A stretch of 64,000 nt of DNA from Octopus vulgaris (taxonomy: Eukaryota). The stretch covers positions 4,898,001 to 4,962,000 of the forward strand of contig OX597827.1 in the NCBI GenBank assembly GCA_951406725.2. Reading direction: 5' to 3'. The notes under the pieces are model-generated. The model had not been told where the DNA came from, did no database searches, and saw only the letters and a program-made list of their open reading frames with translations. Numbering within the stretch: position 1 is the first letter of the stretch; each line of letters opens with the position of its first letter. Positions 53,981-64,000 of the stretch are shown here, in pieces. A program made the translations under genes and the position numbers.

Positions 53981-54247
53981 AAAATTATAATTTAGGGTAT
54001 CTAAGAGATACCACCACGCTGGAAATAGCAGCCAAAACTTGACTCTAAAGCCACATTAAATGTTCACACAGCACCAGGAGAGAAGACAAAGAAACAAAAG
54101 AAACTACCAAAAAATTAATTGCTAGTTTATTTTGTCTCTTCATCTTCTCTCCTGGTGCTGTATGAACATTTAATGTGGTTTAGAGTCAAGTTTTGACTGC
54201 TATTTCCAGCGTGGTGGTATCTCTTAGATACCCAAAATTATAATTTT
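53981..54247. repeat. Long near-perfect inverted repeat (foldback), arms about 125 bp
   Basis: aaaattataatttagggtatctaagagataccaccacgctggaaatagcag...caccaggagagaaga pairs with tcttctctcctggtg...gtggtggtatctcttagatacccaaaattataatttt. Confidence 0.92.
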
Positions 54248-54817
54248 AAATGATTATTACCTTTGAAAGTGAAAGGTTTTTATTCCCATGCTGGCCACCT
54301 GATAGGATCGGTATTTAAATAGCGATCTTATCCATATTTACATAAATTTATATATATATAAATGATGATGATATATATATGCACACACACACACACAATT
54401 TTCATTCTATCTTTCTTTTAATCTTCTCATCTCTATGCTTTCCTTTCCATTCCTATAGAACATCATTTTCCATCACATTACTTATACACATGCCTTGTCC
54501 TAATGCTGTTTCAGAGCTGTACGACCTTTATTTTGTTTGTATATTTATATTCATACCAACTATCTTTGTCGTGTTTGCTTTTGTCACTGTTTGCTCATTA
54601 TTCTCAGCACCTTTTTGCTGTTGACACCACTAAAATGAACAATAGTATTGTTAAAGGCATGAAATTGTAATGACTTTTGGATTATAATTGATGAGGAAAG
54701 AGCATGTTCGTGTCTTGTGGGTGTATTTTCAATTTATTCCTTTATTGACCTTCTGTTCAATTTTTTAATCTTATTGATTGTAATACCATGCACCCACCTT
54801 CTTGTTCTTATATATAA

Positions 54818-55240
54818 ATCATCATCATCGTTTAACGTCTGCTTTCCATGTTAGCATGGGTTGGATGAATGACTGAGGGCTGGCGAACCAGATAGCTGCA
54901 CCAGGCTTCAATCTTGATCTGGCAGAGTTTCTACAGATGGATGCCCCTCCTAACGCCAACCACTCCGAGAGTGTAGTGGGTGCTTTTATGTGCTACTGGC
55001 ACGGGGCCAGTCAGGCGGTACTGGCAACGACTAAGCTTGAATCTTTTACACATACCACCGGCACATGTACCATTTAGGTGATGCTGGTAACCATCACGCT
55101 CGAATGGTGTCTTTTACGTGCCACCGGCATGGAGGCCAGATAGCCGCTCTGTCAACGATGATGCTTGGATGGTGCTCTTAATGCCCTACTAGCACGGGGC
55201 TCGAGTGCCAGTAAAGCGATGCTGGTAACGGTTATGCTCG
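54818..55240 (-). mobile_element. (GAT)n-tailed SINE with longer diverged internal repeats
   Basis: (atc)n-gtttaacgtctgctttccatg...taacgccaaccactccgagagtgtagtgggtgc, then repeated gtgccaccggca/ctggcaacga units. Confidence 0.85.
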
Positions 55241-57420
55241 AGAACTGAAAACTTTATCAGGTTTTCCCTAAAATCACTTACCTTTCTTACTACCAGACCC
55301 ATTTCACCTGTTATCTATCTTCCATTATTAATTCTGTCCTTTCCACCTACTTTTCACAACGACTGCCTTTTTGAGCCACCAAATTATTTATTTACTACTA
55401 TGATATATTTTTCCTCTCTCTCTTCAGTATGCTTGCTCCTCATCCTTACAACTTGCCCAGTCGCATGTTGTCTCTCCCTCTTTCTTTCTTTTTTCCCTAC
55501 CCCTATCATTCTTCTGTCTACTATTACATTATTATTATTACTACTATTTTACTGCTTTTCACCACCCTGCTTTCTCTGCCCTATCAGTCCTCTCCTTTAC
55601 CCAGTTTCTACAGTTCTACCTCCCGTAACCCAGTTTCTACAGTTGTCCCCTACTCTGTCTTCCTTACCTTCCATTCCTCCATTTCCTCAAAACTTGTTAT
55701 TCATTATATTTACTCTCTCACCCATTTCTCATCTCTAATCTGAACCTTAGGAAGATGACAATTGGATTGAGATTTGTGGCATATTGCTGAGAACCTGAGA
55801 TCCTAAAATCAAGGTGTCACATAAAATGCATTAAAGTGGGTGCTGGTGCCCTGTAAAAAAGCCTGGTGCCACATAAAAAGCACTGGTGATGCTGTCACAT
55901 AAAAAGCACCCAGTGCACTAGATGTATGTATAAGTGTGAATATTTTACTTAGTTGAGCAGTTTTAGCTTAGAATGCACAAAACGTATTTTCTTCATGTTA
56001 GTTAGCTTTACTAGATTTCTAAAACCAGTCAATGTAACCAATATTTGGTGACTGAGTTAAGAGTGCTCAGGAATTAACAAACAGGCTAATTCTCTTGGTG
56101 TTGTATGATAGTCAATAAAATATTCAACAGATTATATTACAACCCGAATTATATTGAATATATAAACTTTGTGGCAAATAGACTCTATGAAATGTTCTCT
56201 TAATTATAAATTACTTACTTTACCCCATTTTGTTGACAGTAAACAATAACATTGACAATTTATTTTGAATAATTGTTATATAGAAATAATCATGTTGTTA
56301 AGTTATAGTTATTATTATTGTTATCATTTTTCATATAAAATCAACATAAAACTGAGTCAATTAATCTTAAGTTCAGATTTCGTTGAATGCAAAAATAAAA
56401 ATAAAATTCAAAAAACAGAATAAATTGTAATAACAAAAATTATAATGACATTTATGGACTATGAATTTTTGTCTTTTGAGAGAAAACAAAAAGAAAGCGG
56501 TTTAGATAAGAAATTTTTTTAGAAAATAGTTACAATATTGATATAAATATTGATCAATCGTCATAGATAAAACGCTATATGACCATAAGATTCTTCATGA
56601 GGCCTTTAGGTTAGAGGATCATATTCTTTGAAAGACAGTTTTAAAATATTAGAATAATAAAAAGATTATGATTTCTTTTTTTTTTTTGAGAATATCACAT
56701 TAAAATGCTAAATTTTTCATTATTGCTGTCCCCCATTTCATTTCTTTCACCACATTGTAATAATTCATTTTGTTTCAAAGGAAAAGTGACCATCATGTCA
56801 ATTCTAAAATTAGTCTAAAGAGGTGAAACAAGATTACATTGAAATTCTTAAAATATGCTTTAAATTAATACCTAAATATTGATAATTTGTACTTTAAAAA
56901 AATCAAACAATTCAAATTAGATAAAACTAAAAAAAGTATCTTAAGGCTTACTTAAAAAATAGAATTAAAGGATTAAATTAAGCTATATAGTCACAGTTAT
57001 TCTTACAGTTAATTTATTTCTTTACAAGTTTATGAAGAAAAGAAACGCCATTTTGATTTGTCAAATGAATTTCTGATCAAAATGAACGAACCTTTTCTTT
57101 TAGAAATCACAACTTTTTCAATTGTAATTATATTTTCAGATTTAACTATTAATTGATACTTGAAAAGATACAATTCATTTAATTGATGTAGCACTTAGCA
57201 ACTGTTATTTGTTACAATTATAAATAAAGAGAAAGAAAAAGAAATATATATAAAATGTTCTTTTCTTATATCTATTTTTTTTGTTGCTATTATTGCTTTT
57301 TTTTTTACTTTAGATGATTTTATGGTGCCATGTAACTAATTGTGAAATTAAATTGTTCATGTAGAAAACGACAAGAACAATACTGTTAGAGAATGATTAG
57401 GTTTTGAAGTCATTAAACTA

Positions 57421-57935
57421 TCTCTTATTATAAAAGGCAGATTTTATCTGCCTCCCTTTGGGAGTTATAGAAATCTACAATATAGGATTTCTTCAATTAC
57501 AATTTACCTAGCATTTTTAAGAGTACAATGCATCGCGTCATGCCAGGTCCAGTTTTTAAAATTTAAACTCCAATTAAGCAAAATTTACAGAAAACTCACA
57601 TTCTGGTGTGTGTGTCAAATGCTTTTCTTAGTCTGGTTTACACCACACGCAAACGCGCACACACAGTGGGCAACGAATAAAATGAAAGTAATTCACTTAC
57701 TGTAGTGAGTGATTCTTTCACTCTGCCTCCCACTTCCTCTTTCCACACATAGACACGCAAATATATAAATAAAATTGTAAGCTAACGTGCGTGTGTGTGA
57801 GTGTGTGTGTGTGTGTGTGTGCGCGTGTGTGTGTGTGTGAGGGTGCGTGTGTGTGTGTGTGTGTGTGCGTGTGCGTGAGTGTGTGACAGGAAAGTTTTTT
57901 ACGACGAATATAACACCTATATCCAAGTAGCAGAA
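57421..57935 (+). mobile_element. Helitron-like non-autonomous element, 5' part
   Basis: A|TCTCTTATTATAAAAGGCAG start resembles the 5' end at 58991; internal (TG)n; no 3' hairpin/CTAG identified. Confidence 0.45.
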
Positions 57936-57936
57936 A

Positions 57937-58201
57937 GATAAGACAGTAAGGTGTGATTTGAGGGAGATTTGGCTGCTATTTCTACCATGTCTAGCTGCCA
58001 TGTAGGGGTCTCCCTCATAGGCTCATACATACATACATACATAGATAAGACAGTAAGGTGTGATTTGGGGGAAATTTGGCTGCTATTTCTACCAGGTCTA
58101 GCTACCATGTAGAGGCCCCCTCATTGGCTCATATATATATACATACATAAGACAGTAAGGTGTGATTTGAGGGAGATTTGGCTGCTGTTTCTACCAGATC
58201 T
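57937..58201 (+). repeat. Tandem repeat, about 2.5 units of ~105 bp
   Basis: ataagacagtaaggtgtgatttgagggagatttggctgctatttctacc at ~57938, ~58044 and ~58147; a diverged single relative lies at ~53585-53670. Confidence 0.9.
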
Positions 58202-58269
58202 GTTAGGCCTTCTCATGTAAACTCAAGCTTTCTCATGCCTTGAACATAAGACCAAAGCAGAGAATGTAT

Positions 58270-58566
58270 TCTTTTATTCTTCTGCTTTTTCCAGCCATTG
58301 GTCTGTGGCCATGCTGGGCCAATGCCTTGAAGAATTGTAGTTTAATGAATCAACTCCAGTTTTATTTTTGTAAGCATTGTACTTATTCTATCTGTTTCCT
58401 TTGTCAAACCACTAGGTGACAGGGATGTAAACAAACCAACATTCGTTGTCAAGCAGTGGTGGAGGACAATCACAAGCACAGACACGCACACACACACACA
58501 TACATGCATACACATATACACACATACATACATACATGCATATATATATATGTGTGTATATATATA
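58270..58566 (-). mobile_element. CORE-type SINE, 3' half, diverged
   Basis: gtggccatgctgg...gtacttattctatctgtttcctttgtcaaaccactagg...gtcaagcagtggtggaggacaa. Confidence 0.7.
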
Positions 58567-58893
58567 TTGCAGCGTGGAAGGTGTTTGTAAGCCATTTAAG
58601 AAACACACAAAAACTGTTACATTCACTTCAACGTTTGGCAAATTGAATTTACCAAAATATTTTCGTCACTTTGAGACCACGACCTGTTCACTGACAAAAA
58701 TATCGTGCTAACAGGTCGCGGTCTCAAAGCGACGAAAATATTTTGACAAATTAAATTTAAATGTTGAAGTGAATCTAACGGTTTTTGTGTGTTTCTTAAA
58801 TGGCTTATAAACACCTTCAACGCTGCAACTGTTTTCGTTCCAGCACACGATCTCAGATCAAGTCACTTGCTATGCAAGTACATCTCTGTAACT
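58567..58893. mobile_element. Inverted-repeat element (arms 58567-58688 and 58710-58828, plus a one-sided ~65-bp extension), Penelope pseudo-LTR-like
   Basis: Arms are reverse complements; flanked by (TA)n; carries a hammerhead-like fold. PLE origin is inference. Confidence 0.75.
58649..58697 (-). ncRNA. Hammerhead-ribozyme-like motif with G3:C8 core variant
   Basis: TTGTCA-GTGAACA-G-GTCGT-ggtctcaaa-GTGAC-GAAA-ATAT-T-T-TGGTAA on the minus strand; the opposite arm gives the Watson-Crick versions GTCGC/GCGAC and TGACAA. Confidence 0.6.
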
Positions 58894-58990
58894 ATATATA
58901 TATTTATATATATATATATATGTATATTGGTAAAAACAGTAAGATAACAAAAGAAAGAAAGAGACCTCAATATTATGTAAATAGAGGAAA

Positions 58991-59385
58991 TCTTTATATA
59001 TAAAAGTGAGGTTGTGTGTCTGTCTCCTACGATTTAGATTCCTAACTACTCCCACATTTTGCGGTGCAGTTTAACCAAAACCGGGTATCTTATAGTCGTG
59101 ATTCATATCGAGACCGTCTGGGTATTAGCGCGTGTCTACGATGAGTCTACGATTTAAAAAAAAATTTACCATTAATTTTTCCCATTTTTAATCCATTTTT
59201 GACATATATAAGGGAAGTAACTCTCTAAAATTTATTATTAAATCTCAGAACGTAAAAAGCTACAGTAACACCCCTCCCCCTTTGTGGTTAGCCATATTGA
59301 GATGGCTATTATACTTTACATCTCTAAAAATGCTTATATAATTATTTCCCTTACAAACCCGAGCAACGCCGGGCAATACTGCTAG
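58991..59385 (+). mobile_element. Complete non-autonomous Helitron (395 bp)
   Basis: Inserted between A and T; 5' TCTTTATATATAAAAG; 3' hairpin CCCGAGC-AAC-GCCGGG followed by CTAG at 59382-59385. Confidence 0.85.
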
Positions 59386-60378
59386 TATTCTATAGAAGAA
59401 CATTATTATTGTTTCCACAAACAGTAAAAAGTAAAAAAAGTAGTGAAATCTCTGTTAAAATTTTTTGCATTCATAAGGGATATCCAAAAGTAAACAGTAA
59501 CTATTAATCTATAGAATTAAAGAAAAATATGAGATTTTAAATTTTCTTAGGCAGTGATGTGAGACTAAACTTAATATATACAAGACTGAAGCATAGAAAG
59601 AAATCCTTAATTTGTCAAGTTAATTAAAGGCTGTTATTTCTGATATCATTATGTCATGATTTGAACCTTATTTAAATTTTTTGTTCCTGAAGGATGTTTT
59701 AAGACTGTTGCTGATTTGTGTTCTACTGATTCTTTCTCAAAATTCTAGAGTCATATTTTTGGCACACTTATTTTTAGATAATTGAGAAGTAGTGCATTAA
59801 TTTTGTCATGGAACAAAAACAGTGTTCCTCATGCCTCTTGGATTCAAACAACAACTAGAGCAACAGCTGTAGCTGGTATAACCAGCTGTATAACTTCCTA
59901 AAATGTGAAACCTTGTGCCTCTACCAGAAAGCAATATAGTTTTACAATTTGCTATGGTTCGTTGGTGGTGTTTTATTCTTATAATGTAAAGTTATTGAAC
60001 AGTTTAAGTTACAGCAGAACAAATTTTTCATATTCCATCTCTGAATATACAAATCAACTTTTGGCCATTATATGAATGCAAAATTTTTATTGAAATACTC
60101 TTTCTGTAATCATGTATTACCTCTTTGTTCATAATTTTTCATGATTAAGTTATATATTTGTCTGTGTATCAGTGATAAATTATTTCCCTTGTATTTTATT
60201 AAGACATTGTTTCTTTTTCTTATTTGTATGTCTGTGACCTTTTGCCAGTCTCTCCAAAAATAAATATATCAAACTGAACTTATCAGATGTTTAATAGCAT
60301 TGTTACATCCTTATTGTATTAAATATATTTTACTTGATATTTGAGATTTCACTACTTCGTTGTGAATTTGTTCTAGTA

Positions 60379-61276
60379 CATAGTCTGATCAATAAGTATC
60401 CGGACTGTTACCATGGTAACAAAGCTAAAGCATGTAGAGCAAAGCTGCTTGGCATAGATTGACTTTGAACACTGCTATGCTATGCATGTGCACTAAGCTT
60501 TAATGTTCTAGCTTACTTACACTGTTCACAGCAGTGCTTGGAAGGAAGGTGTGTAGCGTGTGATCATCACATTGACCATGATAGAGAAAGTCAAGCAGAG
60601 AATCTGCATCAAATTTTGCCAAAAGCTTGGCAATACCTGCTCAGAGGCCTATGCAAAGTTTTCAAGAAGTTTTCATCATTCTCGGCACATTCAAAGAGAT
60701 CTTGTGCAACTGAAACCCAAGTGTATTTTTGGTCAGCTGAAAGCAGTTTGGGCACAAACTTGGCAGATACGCATCTCATCCCCAAATCTTCAGTGATTAT
60801 GGACTGAACTGTACCATAACTAATCTGCACATCCTCTGATAATTCACGGATGGTGATTCAATGATTTCCCTTTACAGCTGCATGCACATCTGCAATGTTT
60901 TTCTCAGTTCTGCTGGTTGCGGGTCTCCCAGAACTTTCGTCAATATTGACATTTTTTTGGCCATCTTGGAAATGTCTGAACCACTTGTAAACTTGTGTGC
61001 ATCTCATACACTCCTCTCCATACACTTTCTGCAATTTTGCAAACGCCTCTGAGCAGGTATTGTCATGACAACTTTCTCTGTCATGATCAACGTGACGATC
61101 ACACACTACACACCTTCCTTCCAAGCACTGCTGTAAACAATGGCAGTAAGCTAGAATCTTAAAACTTAGTGTGCATGCACAATGGAGTTCAAAGTCAGTC
61201 TTTGCCAAGCAGCTTTACTCTGTGCTTTATTTTCCTTACTATGGCAACAGTCCATATACTTATTGATCAGAACTCG
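60379..61276. mobile_element. Mariner-derived element made of two inward-facing 5' ends
   Basis: TA-flanked TIRs ..tctgatcaataagtatccggactgtt / aacagtccatatacttattgatcaga..; + strand MIEKVKQRICIKFCQKLG; - strand TCSEAFAKLQKVYG..KWFRHFQDG..SGRP..SAKFVPKLLS. Confidence 0.88.
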
Positions 61277-61420
61277 TATATAGTTAAATTTTATTTTGAT
61301 AAGAAAACATTTTATTTCCATTATCCAGTAATTGATTTTCTTAATATTTTCCTGATTGATTCATTTATTTTTGGTTAATTTTCTACATTTTCCTTGCTCT
61401 TTGTGAGACAATACGAATTA

Positions 61421-61590
61421 TGCAGGTGTAGCTATGTGGTAAGAAGTTTGCTTTCCAACCATATTATTTCAGTATTTCAGATTCAGTTCCACTGCAAGGG
61501 ACCTTGAGCAAATGTCTTTTACTAATACCCCAGGCTGACCTAACTTTGTAAGTAGATTTGGGGAATGGAAAGTGAATGAAGCCTGCCATA
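61421..61590 (+). mobile_element. CORE-type SINE, 5' part, diverged
   Basis: tgcaggtgtagctatgtggtaagaagtttgc...ccttgagcaaatgtc. Confidence 0.7.
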
Positions 61591-62367
61591 CACACACATA
61601 CATGAGCGTGGGCAGAAATAAATCATAGGCTGACTATGAAGAAGTGATGCTAGAAATGTGAAATCGTGCATGCACATCAATTTCTACTTCTCTTATTAAT
61701 AACTGCATTTTGTTTTTTTCCACATAAACTAACGTCTGACCATTCAAAGAAGACTTCAAAAGTAACTGGTAGCAATTTCTCTTGAGAATTGACAAAATTT
61801 GGCTGAAGGGCTGAGCTCTCAAGGAAATTTATCTTGACATGGTGGCTACATCATGGAATGATACTCCAGTTTATCAACTGTGCAAAAGTGAGCAGCTGAA
61901 ATTAGGTGGGGAAGGGAGAGTCAGTTCTTCTCTAGAAATGCATAACTTATTACCTCAATTTTGAATTGGTGATTCTGATGAAGTTATTGTTATGGATCGG
62001 GACTGACTTAAATTTTTAAAATATCTACTTACAGAAACCAATTCTCTAAAGACTTCTCTTTAAATTGTTCTGAACTTCAAAACATTTCTAGTTTTCACCT
62101 GTCTGTACAAATGCTCAATTGTCTAACATCTGAAACTACTTCTAAACTAGTAGTCTTTCATTAATTATATAATGTAATTCTGTATAAAAACTTAATAGAG
62201 GGCAGTTATTTACATGTATTTATGTTTAAAAGGTTGTTCAGAAAATTGCTGTTGTTAAAATTTAAGTTGACTATAATTATGAGACTGAATTCTCTAAAGA
62301 TATATATTAAGTAACTATCTGAGAGGCACAGAGTAAGCAAACCATAACATGAAATATACTATAAATA

Positions 62368-62445
62368 CATGTGTGTATGTGTGGGTATGTATGCATGTGT
62401 GTATGTGTGGGTATGTATGCATGTGTGTATGTGTGGGTATGTATG
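62368..62445. repeat. 26-bp minisatellite, 3 units
   Basis: catgtgtgtatgtgtgggtatgtatg at 62368, 62394 and 62420. Confidence 0.85.
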
Positions 62446-63718
62446 TGTGGATGCACATATATATATATATATGAGTTATATTTGCTTCAGCTTTAGTTCT
62501 GACAAGACATTCACGGGTCTAAACCCTTTGTGACTGTGAAACCATTGGTCACTCTATGACTGAACATAGACTTAACTACTTATAAATACACACACACACA
62601 TATATATAAAACTATGTTTTGACAAAGCAAAAATTATTGTGTTTATAATTCAAACTACTGTTTTGTATTTGTTTCATTGTCTTTCATATCTAAAAGCCTG
62701 AAAAACTGAAAAGTGAAAAGCAGTAGCTGGATGCCATTATTAATACCAAGCACTTCACAGTTTGTAAGGAGTGCTTATATCATGCCACCAGCACTAGTGA
62801 GGTTCCCATGTAGCTTGCAAGACCACAACCATTGAGAGAAGTAACTTTACTCTACAAGATAAAGAGTTATGAGGAGAAAGAGCCAGAGCAGAACAGGTTT
62901 CTTGTTATTAAGGGTCTACTTGGTTACTCACATCTTTGAAGAGAGGGTGGGGATGATTGGGGTGGAACTGGGAAAAGATAAAAGGAGTGTAAAATTGAAT
63001 AACAGGGGAACCAGGAGTGTATATAGGTAGAGTTTTGCGAGAATGTAAGAGGAAGTGAGAGATGGGAATGTTTGAGGGTGTGTTAATACAATGATTGTAG
63101 AACAAGTGTTAAGGGATGGATGTAGTGAATAGTAGTTGAGGTGTGGATTTGTGTGTCAAATGAATGAAGTGCAGAGCAGAACTTCAATGCTGATACAGTA
63201 GATAGGGTTAAGATGAAAGTGAGAGAGAGAGGACATATGGTTGTGTAAGTTGTCAGGGTGTGGTGGGGTGGGGTGGGGGGGACGGATGATGCAAGCATAG
63301 CGTGAAGGGAGATTGAGAGGCACATGGTGAATTAGAGAAATAGTTTGGTAGCTCAGGGATGGGAGTGATCGGGGATTAAATGTGGGTGGAAAGGACAGAA
63401 TCAGGATGACGGATGGCTAATCAAGTGAAATGTTTACGGGCAGTGAGAAAGCTTAGAAGTATCAAGGAAAAGAAGTAGTTAGGTGGGCTGTGGAGGTGTC
63501 TTGAGGAGGAGGAGATAGGGTGAAAGCTGTGCATATATTGTGCTTCCAGAACTTAGTTTCACTTGTTAGGGGAGGTCTTCCTAGGAACTGCATTATTGTA
63601 TGTTGCCTGGTATCCCAGAATATATGTATGTATGTGTGTGGGGAGAGAGAGAGAGATAAATATACATATGTATGTGTATGTCTGTACATACATGTATACA
63701 TAGATTACATACATATAC

Positions 63719-63761
<43 letters not shown>

Positions 63762-64000
63762 TGTACTATATATATTATGTACATATAACTTTTGATTTTG
63801 TATTTTTTTTTGCATTGATGTTTTCAGTAGAAGAGCATCTGGGGAAAAATGAAGGGCGAAAGAAATGGCAAATAATTAATTGTGCATACAAGGATGGGAA
63901 TCATTTATAAAGGGAAAGGAGGAGAATTTGAGAGAGAGAAAGAGAGAGAGAGCAGCTGTAAGTGGAGAGAGACGAGTGTGAAAATGAAGCAGAGATTTAG

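Noticed and set aside
57937-58201. Spaced repeats (also the 62-bp units at 10791) as a CRISPR-like array
   Set aside because: Eukaryotic context, whole units repeat without unique spacers, and there are no cas genes.

Overview
AT-rich, microsatellite-dense animal DNA. The protocadherin type and repeat families point to an octopus or other coleoid cephalopod (inference). There is one host protein-coding gene, a minus-strand protocadherin with signal peptide, 6 cadherin repeats and a TM helix in one large exon (33911-31485). Two phase-compatible cytoplasmic exons follow (30237-30081, 27728-27523), giving about 916 aa. Candidate non-coding upstream exons end at 38881 and 49871. The rest is repeats: two Penelope-like retroelement remnants, four Tc1/mariner elements, Helitron-type elements, four SINE families, long hairpins and many microsatellites, which explain most ORFs in the track. 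The most unusual signal is a minimal hammerhead-ribozyme fold with a swapped G3:C8 core pair inside a Penelope-style inverted repeat at about 58.6 kb. A canonical-core hammerhead lies in the Penelope 3' end at 17.3 kb. All calls were made by eye, with no database search or folding computation.
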